A stretch of 64,000 nt of DNA from Chiloscyllium plagiosum (GCF_004010195.1 NC_057735.1:13694057-13758056); one strand, 5' to 3'; positions 1-14,866 are shown, numbered from the stretch's first letter. The notes: generated by a model not told the origin, from the sequence alone. Translations and numbers: made by a program.

Positions 1-3000
1 TATTCTGGAGTTTAGAAAAAAAAACCTTGCATTTTGACAGCTGTACTTGCTTTAAAACCTAACACTAACTCTCTGGAATAATTGGTTTCAAAAACTGCAC
101 TTCATATTCATCAATGCTCTCAAATTATACTAGTGCAGTTTTCAAGTGCTAATGGAATTTAACTTTTCTCAAAAAGAAAAGCAAAACCTAAGAGGAGTGC
201 ATTTAATATTTCAAAACCCATGATATGGGAGAATGGCATTCCATCTCTCCACTCAGCATATTCCAGTTCAATTATAACTTTACACTGGCACAGGTCTAGC
301 ACTTAGCAATAAGCTGACCCATCTCATAGCACTCTATTGCCGGAGGAAACAGGAATATGAATTGGTCATACCAAATGTCAATGCCAGTGAAATCGACACA
401 TAGACACATCTTGATCCAAACTAAAAATTCCAACAGTGCATTTTTTATTCTTGGAATATATCTATTCCTTCTTCATTTTACAGCAAACAATTAACTGTAT
501 CCTTATGCTCTGTACACAAGGCTTGCCATGTTGTTGTAAATGAGATTCCTCAATATCTTTTAAAACAAATTTAAATCAAAATTAGAACTTTTTGGCTAGC
601 AAATTAAGCATTTTTATAAAATTTTCATTGTCTCTATTTCTCTGAAAGGCACTGGCTCTTCCTGAACAAGCCAAGTACAGCTTTAGGCAGAGTGTGTGCT
701 GTTTGTGGAGGAAGGCTAAACTGGTACCAATTCTGGCTGCATTTTTCTCCTTTCGAACTCAAGGTCAGAGAGTTTCATTACCACACACTGTATAGCTCAT
801 CTAATACAGGAAAATACTCAGATACTGAATCATACAGACCATCAAGTTTCATGTTTGATCCCTGACCACATGGTGCATTACTCACTTAAACCCCATACTG
901 AAACCACTACCTCTTTCTCAGGCTACTACAGTTACAAGGCCTTCCTCTAGGATCTTATTTGGTATGCTCTGAGAGTTACAAGCATCATCAACAAGACAGG
1001 GACCAAGCTGTCTTGTTGGTCAAGATCAAGCACACACCCAGGATGAACAATTACATGGAGGTAAATTTTCTTTGATTCAAGAACCTTGACAAAAATGTAA
1101 GTATCCATCATCGGAACTTATCACAGAACCCTCCTGGTCTACATGGTTTTTAGGTATGGCGTTATATATGGCAAGATCAGACAAAATGCTAGTGGGTGCC
1201 AGTCTTGAAAAGAACAAACTTCCATTTGTGAAGTACTTTTCAGGACTTTATGGCATCCTAAAGTACTTTCTACCCCAGAAAATCTTTGAAGTGTGGTTAC
1301 TGTAAGGAAGTGCATCAAATTCACTCGAGAACTCAAATGGGAGATAAATTGCCAATTAATCTGTTTTAGTATTGCTGATCGAGGGATAGATTTTTAGGGT
1401 CAAGGTGAAAAACTCTTAGTCACCTTTTTAGTAGCGCAGCAGGATCGCTTACAACCTAATGAGGACAGACGAGACTTTGACAATTATGTCTAATCGAAAA
1501 GGCTGTATTTTTGATAGTGCAGTGCTCTTGCTGTACTACATTGAAGTGTCAACCCAGATTATATGCTCAAACTCTGGAGTGAGATTTGACTCCAAGGGAA
1601 ATGTGCTACAGCTGAGCAAGGTTGTTACATCGTACATGGACTGCTGATACTTTAAGAGGGGTTGGTACTGGCAACCTTGTACAGCTGCTTTAAATATTAT
1701 TTTAGATTCCGAAAGGCTAGCATCAATGAGACAATCCCTAGTGTTTATTAAACTCAGCTGCCTTATGCTTACAGCTCTAAAAACCAATGAAAACTGAGTT
1801 ACAACAGCTCCAGAGGAACACTGGAGCCACGTTTCTGTAGACACTAAAGTTGGATCTTGGATTCCAGACTCCAACAGCAGCAACATGAAAACAGCATGCA
1901 CAAATCCAAAGAATTACATAGCTCCAAAATAGTAAGCAATACACTCCAGAGCTGGGGAAATTTCTGACAATGTTCAGTAGGCCAAAGGTTTGGATGAAAG
2001 CGTTTCCATTTAAAGTAAACTTAATGTTGAAGAACAAAAATGTTGCCCACTTTCAGCCAATAACCTAAATGCTTCCATTTAAGAACAAGAAACCTTTCCA
2101 CAACTAATACCACTCCCTAACTAGCTGCTGTCATGTCAGTGAAATCAGAAATCTCAAGGGAAGAAATTGAGCTAAACCACCACGACATCTTACACTTACT
2201 TACACAGTATCTGTAACACATCTCAAACCTTTTCAAAAGGAACCAGGGCAAAGGAAAGATAAATAGAAAGACAGGAAGAAAGACTTGATTGAATTAGGCA
2301 AGCGTTAAGAGAAGGCATAAAGGAAGAAAGGAAGAAAAGCAGAGACATTTAAAGGAGAGAATTCCAGTTTGGGCAGCATGAGAAGCAGCGTCTAATTTTG
2401 GTGAATTATAGAACAGCAGCAAGGACGAACTTAAATACAAGGATAGGAATTTCAGATCTGCAACACTGAATTATCAGGGACACATTGCGATTATGAGCAG
2501 TTAGTTCAGATAGGGATGATAAGTGAAGACAGGATACAGATGGAAGAATTTTGGATGAGCTGCAGTTTACAGGAGGAGAAAGCTGGGAGGCTGGCTAAGC
2601 ACACATTCTAAAGTGTCACAAGTATTTACAGAAACAGGCAGAAGCATGCCAGTGCTTATGCTCCTTACAAGATTCCTCTCACCTTGACATAGAATCATTT
2701 GTGTTTAACAAAGGGAAGGTGAGGTTTCAGGATAATCAGGAGTGAAGATCACAAAGATTTAAGTAGCAGGTGAACTGAGGTAGAAGAATCAGCTGACTTA
2801 TGGGAGGTGGAAATAATTCTTATTTTTGTGATGAAGATGATATCAATTGGAAGCTCAAACTGAAGTGAAATAGGAAGCTGAGTCTATGATTAGAACACCC
2901 CATTATATAAATGGTGGGGTCAATAGGGTGGCCACTGAGTGTAGTTTTCTTTTAAAATAAAATTTGAAAAACTTTTTTTTGAATTGGCAAATGTGTCTAT

Positions 3001-4407
3001 GTGGTACAAAACTGTACCTAACGAAGACGGCCTCAAGACAATCTCTATTAATCCATTGCAGCGAGACTGAAAACTGAGATCAGCCTCAGTCAGCTCTGGT
3101 AGACAACAAAAAGGGGTCAAGAAAATTATTTTTGCCATTCTTAATTGTTATATAGACCCTCCTATTGAAAAATATTGATAGGTGGATTATATACAGGATT
3201 GGGCTCAGCTGTGAAATTTTCCATGGCTGGAATCCATTATGAAAAATCACCAGTTTGACAAAGTATCATGATGTTGCTAGTACCTCCACAACTGCATCTA
3301 TAGTAGATGCCCTTATTTTCAAGAGGTCAGGATGATGGTGGGAGGCAAGAGACCAGGAGGGTAGTGGAAAGGGGATGGGGTCAGAGGTCAGTCTGAGGTG
3401 GTGGCAGGAGGGGGCAATTCTAGCTTACCCAGGTTTGTATTGGTACGAAGCTAGAAACATCCTAAATTTCAGGCAGAATAGACATGTTTTAAGCATCCTC
3501 CCTTTCCATCCTGGGTTCATCTGCTGAGTGTAAAAAAATTCAACTGGTGTGAAACCAGCATTAGTATCCCAGCAGCCTAGCGATTACTATGGTAACAGGA
3601 ATACTGTATTTGCAATAACAAAAGCTCTTTTCTCTCTCATGCTCGAGGGTCATATGTGCATTCTAAGCACCACTCAGGAGGTACCATGCTGCGTTTGTAG
3701 TTTAAACAGGATAAGTTCAGATCTCATTGTAATCAGCACCTGCAGCAGAGAACCAACCTTCTACCACAATAAATAGTAGAATCTACTGGACACCAATTCC
3801 AGCACCAAAATGGTGCACCAATTGCAATTCAGGTTTCGTGGTTCTTAAGAAAAAAAATCCTCATCATTATTCAGCCAAACGAATGCTTTTAGACAGGGAA
3901 ACATTGAGTAGTCCGTCACCAAAGAAAAACCCAATTCAGGTTCCAGGGGATGATTAGACTCAGAAAGCTGTGCTAATGTGCTAGGTGAAGGTAAGATACA
4001 ATTACAAAGGCTCCTCCATTCAGATACTACCCTTCGACCTCTCCTGAGGCTCCGTGTGCTCATGCCGGGTAGCATGCTACTCAGCCATAAAGACCTGCAT
4101 TTCATCCCGATTTTATGGTAAGTCAACCCAAACCATGCTGATCCCAACTGTTTCGGAGTGCTAAAATTGGCCTCAACATACCTGAACCTGGGAAGGCAAA
4201 GAAAATTAACCAAAATCAGAAGTGCAGAAGGGGACACTTTGGCCCATCAAGTCTGCACGACCCTCTGCACAGCATCCCATCCAGACACATACCTCCATCC
4301 TGTTTTTGTAACTCTGCATATACAATTGCTAACCCACACAGATTCCACATCCCTTGACACCATGGAGCGATTTAGCCTGGCCAATTCACTTAACCTGCAC
4401 ATACAGT

Positions 4408-4580
4408 CATAGAATCATAGAGGTGTACAGCACGAAAACAGACCCTTCAGTCCAACTCATCCATGCTGACCAGATATCCTAAATTAATCTAATCGCATTT
4501 GCCAGCACTTGGCCCATATCCCTCTAAACCCTTCCTATTCATATACCCATTCAGATGCTTTTTAAATGCTGCAATTCTTG
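4408..4580 (-). mobile_element. CR1 3' end fragment
   Basis: catagaatcatagag...ccagcacttggcccatatccctctaaacccttcc, matching the other CR1 3' UTRs in the window. Confidence 0.75.
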
Positions 4581-5559
4581 ATTCTTTGGGTGCTTGCAGT
4601 CTCAAATGCATCAGGGACAAGGGGTGTATGTTTGCTTGTCTGTGTGCATGACAGAGACAGAGAGAGTGAGGGAGGCATGTATCTAATAGAGTCCCACCGG
4701 AGCTGTCTGATTCAGTGCATGATATTCCAATATTATCTTCTTGACTTCCCGAGTGGTTTGGTAAATTAAAATTCAGCTACCATAATCCTCGAAATAAAGT
4801 AATTTTAGTACAGGAGCCCATGGCTTTTCAAAGAGGATTTAGGATCACCATGAGTTTGCACATTGATTAGACCAATGAAATCTCAACTACTATAATCCCC
4901 ATTCTAGACAGATACATGAATGGGCAGGGTGCAGAGGGATACAGATCCTTAGAAAATAGGTGACAGATTTAGATAGAGGATATGGATCAGCGCAGGATTG
5001 GAGGGCCAAAGGGCCTGTTCCTGCGCAGTAATGTTCTTAATTCGTTGTTCTAAAAAGAATTTTGTTAATTTGTTTTTACCACTGCATTACCTATTACTGT
5101 GCTTGAAACAAGTACCAAGTGCAGGTTTAGCTGAGCAAAAATCAAAATTTGGAAATTACTGAAGTGCAGCAAATTGGAAAAGGAGTGCATCATTTGCCTC
5201 TGCCAATTCAGGGCTCTTTACAATCAACACAATACCTGACATTCATCTGATCAACTGCGTCAATAGTTTGCATCCAGTGTAAAAATCAACACCACAACTT
5301 TGCTCCAATAGGCCAACCAGTTGAGTAGAGCAAACTTTGTTTGAACCGACAACTTATCAATCGGCACTCTTGACAAACCAGCAAAACTCATGTACCTCAA
5401 ATAATGCGATCCACTGCAACGTCAGAGTCTTTGCTATAAATAAAGTATAACAGTGATGTATATATGTCCTGCATTACGTTTTTATTACTTACTTACTGTG
5501 TTTGCCATGCATTATTCAGCACTTCAAACCTGCTCCACTAATAGGACCTTGGCTGATCC

Positions 5560-6180
5560 ATTCTCTATATGACAACTACACATGCCCACACATTCCTCAT
5601 TCTCTTCCATACCCAAAAAGCCCTAATTTGTCATGAGATATTGAACAATATACATCCACAACCTTTGGAGTTGGGATTGTCAAAGATCACAATGCCAACA
5701 ATGAATGGATATCTCCGTAACTTAGTCCTAAATGCATTTCCTAAGCCAGAGTTTGTGACCCTCAGCTGTAGTCTCGCCAACCAGGGGAAAGAAACATCTT
5801 CCTTACATGTAAGTTATCAGGTCCCTTAAGATTTTATATGCAATAAGATTACCTCTTATTTCTGGTGAAGAACAGGTCCAGTCTACTTGATCTCTCTGTA
5901 CATCACAATACTCTCTGCAACCCCTCCCCCGAATATTAGTACAGTGAATCTCTGTTGCAATCCAAAAGGCTAATATACCCTTCCTGAGGTAAGGAGGCCA
6001 AAGCTGTTCACAGTGCTCCAGGTTATGGTCTCATCAAAGTCTTGTGCAAATGACTCAAGCCTTTTTCATTATTAAGTTCTAATTCTTTTGGAGTAATGGC
6101 TGACATGGCATTTGCTTAGTTAGTTGTTTTTGTACCAGCACAATTAACTCTGATGTGTACAAGGACATCCAGGTTCCTTT
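5560..6180 (-). mobile_element. Old, diverged CR1-type fragment
   Basis: Remnant motifs (ttcctgaggtaaggaggccaaagctgttcacagtgctccagg, gtacaaggacatccaggttccttt) match CR1 ORF2 3' region in reverse. Confidence 0.55.
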
Positions 6181-9100
6181 GAAAGCTACCATTTCTCATT
6201 CTCCCTCATACCCCTATGCAAAGTCAGTGCCAGCTGTGTGAAAAAAAACACAAGAACATTTACAAACACACCATGTTCCAGAGAAGCCGAAATGGATATG
6301 AATTCAGGGTGCAATCTAGCTGTAGTAGATCAGGGAGCACTCAGTGCTCAGCCTCACCTATGAGCAACTGCCGATTGAGTGATATACTGGAGAATTTGGG
6401 CCAACTGTGCAACTACTCCCAATCATAAACTACATATCATAGGAGAGAAAAGGGAAGCGTACAAAATTGGACAAGAAATGCATGTATTTTTAAACATTCA
6501 ACTACATCAATGGAAAACCAGATTTTTCTGTTTAAGCTGATACAATTCTCAGCGCAGGGTGACACACTGGGCTTTCTTAATATTGCATGTGAACAAAATG
6601 AACCTCACTGTTATTAATAACCAGACATCCACAAAGCTATTGGAAAATTGGCAAAATGTAATTAGTGAGTTAATCCTGTTCTTACTTCCTCCTCTCAATC
6701 TGCTGCATGCTAAAATGGTCACAAAATAACGCGACATGTTCAGATTGAAAGGTGATTCAGCCACAGCACTGAACTGCCCAAAACTAGTCCGAATAGATCC
6801 TGAATTAGACCCAGAGTGCATTTTACTCATGCTTTATTACAAATCTTCAAGAAACAATCCCAGGGATGATTCAGTGGGAGAAATTCCTCAGTCCACAGTA
6901 CTCACTGGAATAACATTAAAATCAAATGGCAAGCTCATGCTTGTGCAGTTGTTTGAAATTCCAAATTAACACTTTGACTCTGCCTCAAGATGTAAAACAA
7001 GTCAGTAGGCAGGACACTATAGGTTAAGCCTGTTAGAAAGGAATAGAGTGGCATGGGATACTGAGTATTTATCTCCTGCATCCATGAGGGGAGTTGGGGA
7101 TAGAGGAGGAGGAGTAGGAGGAGAAAGACATCTCTAGAGACAGGAAAAATCTCTCTCAGGGGATAGTTTAAGCTATTTTTTTCAATAGCCTGTTAACATT
7201 ACAGCCAAAGAGAGATGGGAAACTTTAGCTCCAGAAACTCATTTTAATTCCAATTAAATTGAATATCGTTTTTAAAAACAGTAGAATTTAAGAATTTGTC
7301 TAAAACTGTCATATCTTTAAAAATTTATTTTTAGAGAATCAGCCAATTTAAACAAAGGATAAATTATGGCAAGCAGCAAGATTTGAAAAGACTCCTGTGA
7401 ATTAAAGTGTCAGGTCTTTTTTTTTAAAGCAGCAATTGCATTAGGAAAACCATGCAAAAAAAAAACTTCAAACACAAACAGAAATACGGAAGTTCACTCT
7501 GAGATTATTCAGAATTTGGTATGAAAGCTACATTCTGGCTCTATTTTGTAAAATTCAGCACCACTGCCTCTCAATGGAAAACACACATCAACGTCATCCA
7601 TTCACAAATAACACCACCACATTTTGCCAAAGAAGTATGCTTTGTCTACAGAATTACAAGTTCCACATACAAACATTTCCCTACAATGCAGTCAGTGATC
7701 ACGTATTAACAAGTCTTACTACTGTATATGCATCATCAAGCAAAATTGTGCAATCTGATAACTGATCTGCGAATGGTAGCAATCTGTGGAATCTGGCACT
7801 GACCCATTTGACTGCCATGCTTGCCTGAACAGAATTAATTCCCTAGCTTTGAGGCTGTGCCCTCACTGGGGACATTTTACCTTGCCACAGCCAGATTATG
7901 ACAAGACTCTGCTTTTTCTAAACAGCCAAGTGGAGGAAAGACAGGAAGAGATCTAGCAGAACTAGTCTCTCAGAAGCACAGTTCCTGTTCATTGAACACA
8001 GCAGCTATGAGGAAATCTGTAGATCAGAAACTTAGTCTCCCAATGGAGGCTCTCTCTTTTCAGAAATAATCATCTGATGCCCTGTACAGAGTGAAGTGAC
8101 CTGAACCAAGACAGCAACTATAATTAACATATACGGCCACTGGACTCATGGAAGAGGAGAACATCAGCCAGGCCCTCTGACCCCAACCTTTAAATGACTG
8201 AATCTTGTAGGTATATCAGGCATTTTGAAAATGATTTTAGGATGAATAGTGATGTCTACTACAGTTGAGCAGCCTTCTGAAACTCATCAAGACCTTGCTT
8301 TCCTAAATGAACCAGACAGGTGGGGATGGAGGTGGGGGTGAGACGAGAGAGAAGCATCAACATTCTATTTGAAAGGCCAATTTAGGCAATTTTGAGAAAA
8401 TGGCTGAGCTTCTGGGAAATTCCGAAGGAAATCTTAAAACATGCCAGAAAGCAAACCTTCAGCTTAGGACCCATATCCCAAAACTCCTTATTTCTCTTAC
8501 AGTTGCAAATTCTCCCTGTCTGACTTGAAAAAACTGTAGGAACAAATGCAGGTACACTCTTGAGAAACAAGCTAATATTCTTCAGCAGTGTAAAGAAACA
8601 CATGTCCTGGGGTGTCATTTCAAATGAGAGTTGCAACACAAGATTCAAACATAAACCAGATGAGAAGCAACAACTAATTTTAACTGTGAATGTGGAAATA
8701 AAGCCAGCACATGGGTGAAGCAGATAGTCCAATACTGCATGGGGAATAAAACGATTCAGCGCAGTCTGGGAAAAGGGAAAAGAATTCAGTTAAAAGATCA
8801 TGAAGGTGATTCTTATTTAACAGAAACTATGAGCCACATTTAAGGTTCTCAGGCAGCCTGTAATTTCTGGCTAAACATTATTCATATCTCCTTCCCTGGA
8901 ATTTGCTATCTAAATAAGTCTTAATGTGTTTGACAAAACCTATATCAATGTATTTTGCCCAGAACGGGTTATGTGTAGTTCACAGAATATTCCTTTGGCA
9001 CAAAGATGGCAAAATACAAGGCAAAACTAGAAACATGACATTTTATCAGAGCAATTTTCAAATATATCAAAATTTCAAAACATATAAATACATCAGTATA

Positions 9101-9837
9101 GGCAAGCTTCAAAGCAAACATTTACAGGTGCAGCTCACCCAATCTAATAAAGATGCAGTTCCTGTGTAAAACCACTTATGACATTAGACATGCAATGCAG
9201 TTAGAGGGAAGATGTGAATACTGATCAACGGCAAAGCTTGCATGGAAGATGGATTATCTACTAAATCTCCACACTAATCAGAATTACGAGACAGCATTTT
9301 ATCAGGGTAGACTGACCTAGTGTAGAAGTGATGTATCCTAAGAAATGTAAATATAGCTGAATTTTAAAAAGATTGAAAGATATCTTTTATGACATAAACT
9401 GATCAGGTGGAGATCATCTGCAAGAGTATTTATACTGCAGTTGTATGTTTTAAGATAATACATTAATAGTAGAGTCCACTGAATCAAAAAAGGCTGATTT
9501 CATATAATAACAGTTAACACTGATGCATAACAAAGCTGACATTGTCAATCTACCAGCACTGTATACAGACAAAATGACAAAGCCAGAGAGACACTCTGCA
9601 GCTTGCTCCTTCACAGTAATCAACTGCACATTTAAAGAAAATTAGGGTCAACAGAAGGACATGAATTTCCAAAAGTTCATGCAACTAAAAATACAGTAAC
9701 AAGAAGAGACCATCTCTCATAGTGTGGCAGGGGAATACAAACATATTCACAACGTGTTTTCTTTCAGGAACATGACACCAGACTATACATTGCATGGGGT
9801 AGCTGGCTCCAATTTGAAGGGCCAAGCATCGAAACAC

Positions 9838-10110
9838 TGAATAGAATAGAATAGAATAGAATAGAATAGAATAGAATAGAATAGAATAGAATAGAATAGG
9901 AGTCCCTTCAGCCCAACAAGTCCACACCAACCCTCTGAAGAGTAACCCATCCAAACCCATTCCCCTACCCTATTGTCCTATATTTACCCCTGACTTAATG
10001 CACCTAACCTACAATCCCTGAACACTAATGGCAACTTAACATGACCAATTGACCAAACCTGCATATATTTGGACTGTGGGAGGAAACAGGAGCACCCGGA
10101 GGAAACCCAC
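9838..10110 (-). mobile_element. 5'-truncated V-SINE with expanded (TTCTA)n tail
   Basis: Reverse V-domain tggactgtgggaggaaacaggagcacccggaggaaaccc; (ATAGA)x~12 at 9838-9899. Confidence 0.85.
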
Positions 10111-11419
10111 TTTCTTTTAACAATAATGCTTGTAAAATAAAGAATTGCATTCATGTAGCGCCTTTCAAAAGGCCCCAAAAAGTGTTTTACAATCAAGCAT
10201 TATGATAAATAGGAATGAAGTACCAGTACTGCAACAACTGGACAATAAGTCAGTTTAAATATCAATACCAAAGACCAACACCACAGCTTTTTACACCATA
10301 TTGTCAAGGCAGCTAAATGATGAACAATTAGAAGCAGGAACCTTGTAGATGTGCATTCAATGATACCTGCCAGAGATGTATATATAAAATTGTGTATATC
10401 ATGAGTGAAACGTCACAATCAGTCAATGCTCACAACTGCAGTATGGATGGTAAGGTACTACAGGGCACCTGGCACTCTATGAACCATTCAACAAGCCCTC
10501 AGGAGAACAGATGGAATAAAAGCAATTTGATGTTTATGAACCAGGGGAAAAGAGAAAGATAGAGAATCAGAGAAGTACAAATAAACTACAACACAGCAAC
10601 AGGCCATTCAGCCAAATTGGTCTGTGAGAGTCAATTGCTAGATCATGTCTAGCCAATGTTAGGAAAATAAAACTGTACAAATATTAACAGTACAGCTACA
10701 AATAAATATCAAGAGTAATGGGAAGATATAGATAACTGGATATATTAATCCAGACAGCTGGATTACAGAGATAAGCGGTGCCTAGAAACTTTGTAAAATT
10801 GGTCTTTACAAAACATTTCTGTCATGGTTTAAACAAATAAATAGTCACATGATGTGGTACTTTGGTCACACAGAGACCATAGTTTGTGCTAATTTAGCTG
10901 ATTTCATCCGATATAGTTCTGGAGTATTTAAATTTTGGAATTACTGCTCTCAGAGAAAAGGGGTCAATATTAGCCAGCAAAGTCTTTCCTAAAGTATACT
11001 CACGTAGAAACCAGTTGCAGGAAAGAAGAATCTGCCAACAATCGTGAATCAAACATGAAACATATCAGAGTGCAATTCACTCTCAAGATGAAATGTAAAG
11101 ACAAAAAGATTCAAATTCATTCTGTTTTCATCTTAACAAGCTGAATGCCAAAACTCATCAAACTTGGTAATATAAAGTTTATGTGAACTCTACATTACAA
11201 TTTATATTGTCTTGTCAAACATCAGAAATTTGTAAACAGTTTTCCAATGCCCAAACATATATAAACATGCCCTAAATCAATGTCAGTTTTGAATGTATCA
11301 TAGTACGGTAAGACACTAGCATAACTTTTCCGAGTGTAGGATTCGGCAAAGGACAAAACAAGGGAGAAAAACGGACAGAGGGGAGAGAATATCCCAAATG
11401 TTTCAAACATTACTTCAAT

Positions 11420-11482
11420 AGAGAGAGAGAGAGGGAGAGGGAGAGGGAGGGGAGAGGGAGAGGGAGAGGGAGAGGGAGAGGG
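11420..11482. repeat. (GA)n/(GAGAGG)n polypurine microsatellite
   Basis: Direct inspection. Confidence 0.95.
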
Positions 11483-13732
11483 AAAATAATTGTGACAATT
11501 GTCTCTCTCTCGCTCTCTCCCCACCCCCAGGTGCTGACAAATAAGCTGTTGAGGCTGGCCACCCTCCTGCACTTTGCATAGATATAAACAGATACTCAAC
11601 AATCTGGCTCAACAGCATGAAGAAGGGAAATTACAGCTAAATCCAAATTGGTCTTTGTACACATACATTCCAACAGGGTCTACTGAACCGTGGTAGTTGT
11701 GGTGGGGCAGGGGTTAAGCTGAATGCAATTCATTCCTCCATAAACTGGAAAGGATGGGGTGGGGATGGAATGAGGCTAGCTTTGGCAGTGTTATTACCAG
11801 CTCAGTCAACAGCAGTGCAAAAATCAAATATGCATTTCTGCTAAAGAAAAAAAGTGCATCCATTTTGTAAAAAATCAAATTGAATGTCAGTCAACGGTTG
11901 CCTAACTTCCTAGCATGTAACTGTAGATTATTTCCAGATAGCCTGGAATAGATGGGTCACAATCCTAGTGGCTGCATTCAGTTTGTAATTTGGGGCACGC
12001 CAACAGTTTCTATGAAGCACAGAATATCATCAATCCTTTAAAGAAACAAATTCAGAACAGATGTCTGAAATGTAAACATTAATATACAACTGAAATGGAA
12101 TTTTAAGGAGAAACTATTTGTTGATACTTTTACTCTGATTTTCAGGTAAGTTTGTGCAATTTTTTCTCACCCTTTGATTTCAATAGGCACCTGCAAGTGA
12201 TTTCAAGCTTAACATTTAATCTTAAGGGCCCACATGACTGTTATAAACCACTCGATCTTTGCTCAAGATTTCAGATATCAAAAGTGTGTTTCAGGTAGAT
12301 AACAGCACTGTACGCATTTCCATATATCCATCATTCTCAAAATTATTTTTGAACATTTAAAAAATAAATACACAATGTCTGAAAGGTGACCCAATTTTGC
12401 TACATAGCTTTAATGCTATCTGTACTGCCAGGGCAAATACTTGAATGAAATTTTGTTTGGAAAATACACCAAACTACTAAACATTATCTGATAGCAAATT
12501 AAAGTCCATTATTAAGTATACAAAGGCAATGAACTCCCACCATGGTTACAAATTAAGGGCACTTCCTCATGATGCACCCCAAACAATAAGATAAAGCCCA
12601 TTTCATTTACAGTCCAGAGCTGTTTTTGCATCTAGCTGCACACGCACACCGAGTTTTGGATTCTTGCTCCATCTATATAGCAAGGTGGTTGCAACAAAAA
12701 TGGGAAGAGAGGCTGCTCAACAATCGATCTTGAATTTCAGAGAACAACACGATGCATTCGGTTTTGTGTAATGCTACATCGCATACCATTTTCTTCTCTT
12801 GGCCAGTCTTACGTAATTGTGTAGACAAACTAAAGGGCTATCCAGTGCTGCTAATATTCCAACTGCTGGTTTAACACATTTGTAATTCAGCAGGTTCAAC
12901 TCACGATAAAAAAGGCAATAAACCCATTGTGCAACCTATGCACCACAAAAACAAAGTGGTGCTCTTTTTAAACTTTCTAAAAATTGTATATGTTGGAAAA
13001 TGTGAAGCAAATTAAATGCTGATTAGGTCAGATAATTTTAAGTTTGACTGGTTTCTTCCACATCACAGCTATCCTGCAAACTTCTCACACTGGGGAGTGC
13101 AGGATTTTCCTTTCCCCTCAAAAAATAAGCCTCGTGATAAGAAAAAGCTGTTCTGGTTATAAACAAGTGTGATTGTTTTTCTCTTTCCCCCCAGCTGCAG
13201 CACACACCCCCAGTGATCTAAGGTGACCTTGCACCCTTTTGTCCCGTGGCCTGCCCCATTAATCAGCCATTTAACGATGGATAGTCACACAACAAAAGCT
13301 TCAGAATGTGTTAATAGCCTATTCATGAAAGGTGAGAATAAGCTGACGTGCCATCTTCCTTCAATAGCACATATGGTTACGACTACAGAATTTTCCTAAT
13401 GTGTCGCCTGTCATCTACCCAAACAATAGAAAAATAATAATTGGTGCAATGGATTTTGCATGCTGGTCAATTTAAAGCAACTCTTTTTTAAAAAATGTGC
13501 AAGTAAATACTATATAACACTCCCTCAGGAGGCATCATCATCTATATCAAATAGTGGGTTTAGCATTCACCTAGATCCTGCAAGTTTTTACTGACTCCAT
13601 TCTGCCTCTTAAATACTCATCACGTTTGTCAGTATATCACTTGCTGCCACCCTTTCCTGAGCCTGCCCCTGATTCAAAATGGCATCCCAGACGGGATAAG
13701 CATAAATGAAATGATTGCATTAAGCATATTTT

Positions 13733-13808
13733 ATGTGTACCAGTTTTCCAGTACCCTTTTTCAATCCTTTGAAATTGAAAAAGGGTACTGGAAGACATTG
13801 GTACACAT
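13733..13808. other. 76-nt inverted repeat / hairpin
   Basis: Perfect 20-bp arms 13746-13765 / 13774-13793, 8-nt loop, and outer 10-bp arms 13733-13742 / 13799-13808. Confidence 0.9.
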
Positions 13809-14763
13809 CAAGTTAAACAGTAGATAATCTAACCAAAATTACTCAAGCTAATGTGACAATGCCTGGACGATTCAAGTTTGCTCAGACATATATTAGCATC
13901 ACTGATCTCTGACAAGCTGCAGCTGAAAATGGAATGTTTTGTTCCACAATGACTGTGCATCAATATGCTGCAGGCTCGGAGAATGCCAGAATACACGGCA
14001 TGTCACCCCTAGTCGCAAAGACGTAGTCGTCCTGGAACTCCAAAGACTGACATGCCAGAAGATTTTTCTGAAAAACGTAGCTTCGTACTTCCATTTGCTG
14101 CCTTCCGAATATCCTAAACAACACTATTACATGCAGATATTCAAAACTTCAAACAATTAAATACAGAATAGGAGCAATTGTTCCTCCACGGTTTTACTTA
14201 AGGAGAATCAAAAGGTGCAGTGTTGACAGGGCATTTCTCCACTTCACTTTACAAAATATCGACACAGATAAGTTGGAACTGCATAAACTGGGAAAGCATT
14301 AAAGAAAATAAAGCTGGCCTCATTTAAAAACTCTGCAATTTAAAAAAAGATGAACCCACTCTCATCAAGAATTCAAATGCCACAGCAAGGTGGGGATTCT
14401 TTTCTCAGGAATATCCCCAATTACCTTCTGATGTTAAATTGAGCTCATTTCCACAATTCCAATAGCAACTCATATTTACACCAAAGATTTTACCCTGGTA
14501 TAAGTTTTCAAGTGCCCTCCATTGTAAATCTGAGGATTAACCTATAGCAGAGTAAAACTAGCATAAAAACTGACCTCTGATGATTGATTCTTTGCCTTGA
14601 ACAGAGAAGCAGCTGCATAAATGTCTTAGAGATACAAATCACTATTTTCTTGATTTTTCTCGACCCATGTAGGGATTTAAATGCTGCTGCCATTTTAAGC
14701 TAGCGTTACTACCCTGCTTTGTGTTAGTGTAAGCAGGCTGTATCAGTTTATTCTGGGCGATAC

Positions 14764-14866
14764 CTTAAGAAATTTAAAAAGGCAGCAGCTGCTAATCCAG
14801 TATACACAGGACATGTGCAAAAAGAAATTAACTTGTGCCAGTTTTTTTTTTAAATATAAACTCGCC
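14764..14866 (-). other. Candidate internal non-coding exon of the minus-strand gene
   Basis: Good acceptor ttgtcctcttccag|GGCGAG at 14867/14866 and moderate donor TTAAG|GTATCG at 14764/14763, in a TE-poor stretch. No transcript evidence. Confidence 0.25.

Noticed and set aside
989-1018. 11-bp stem hairpin CAACAAGACAG/CTGTCTTGTTG
   Set aside because: Short, isolated and apparently within old repeat-like sequence; no further support.
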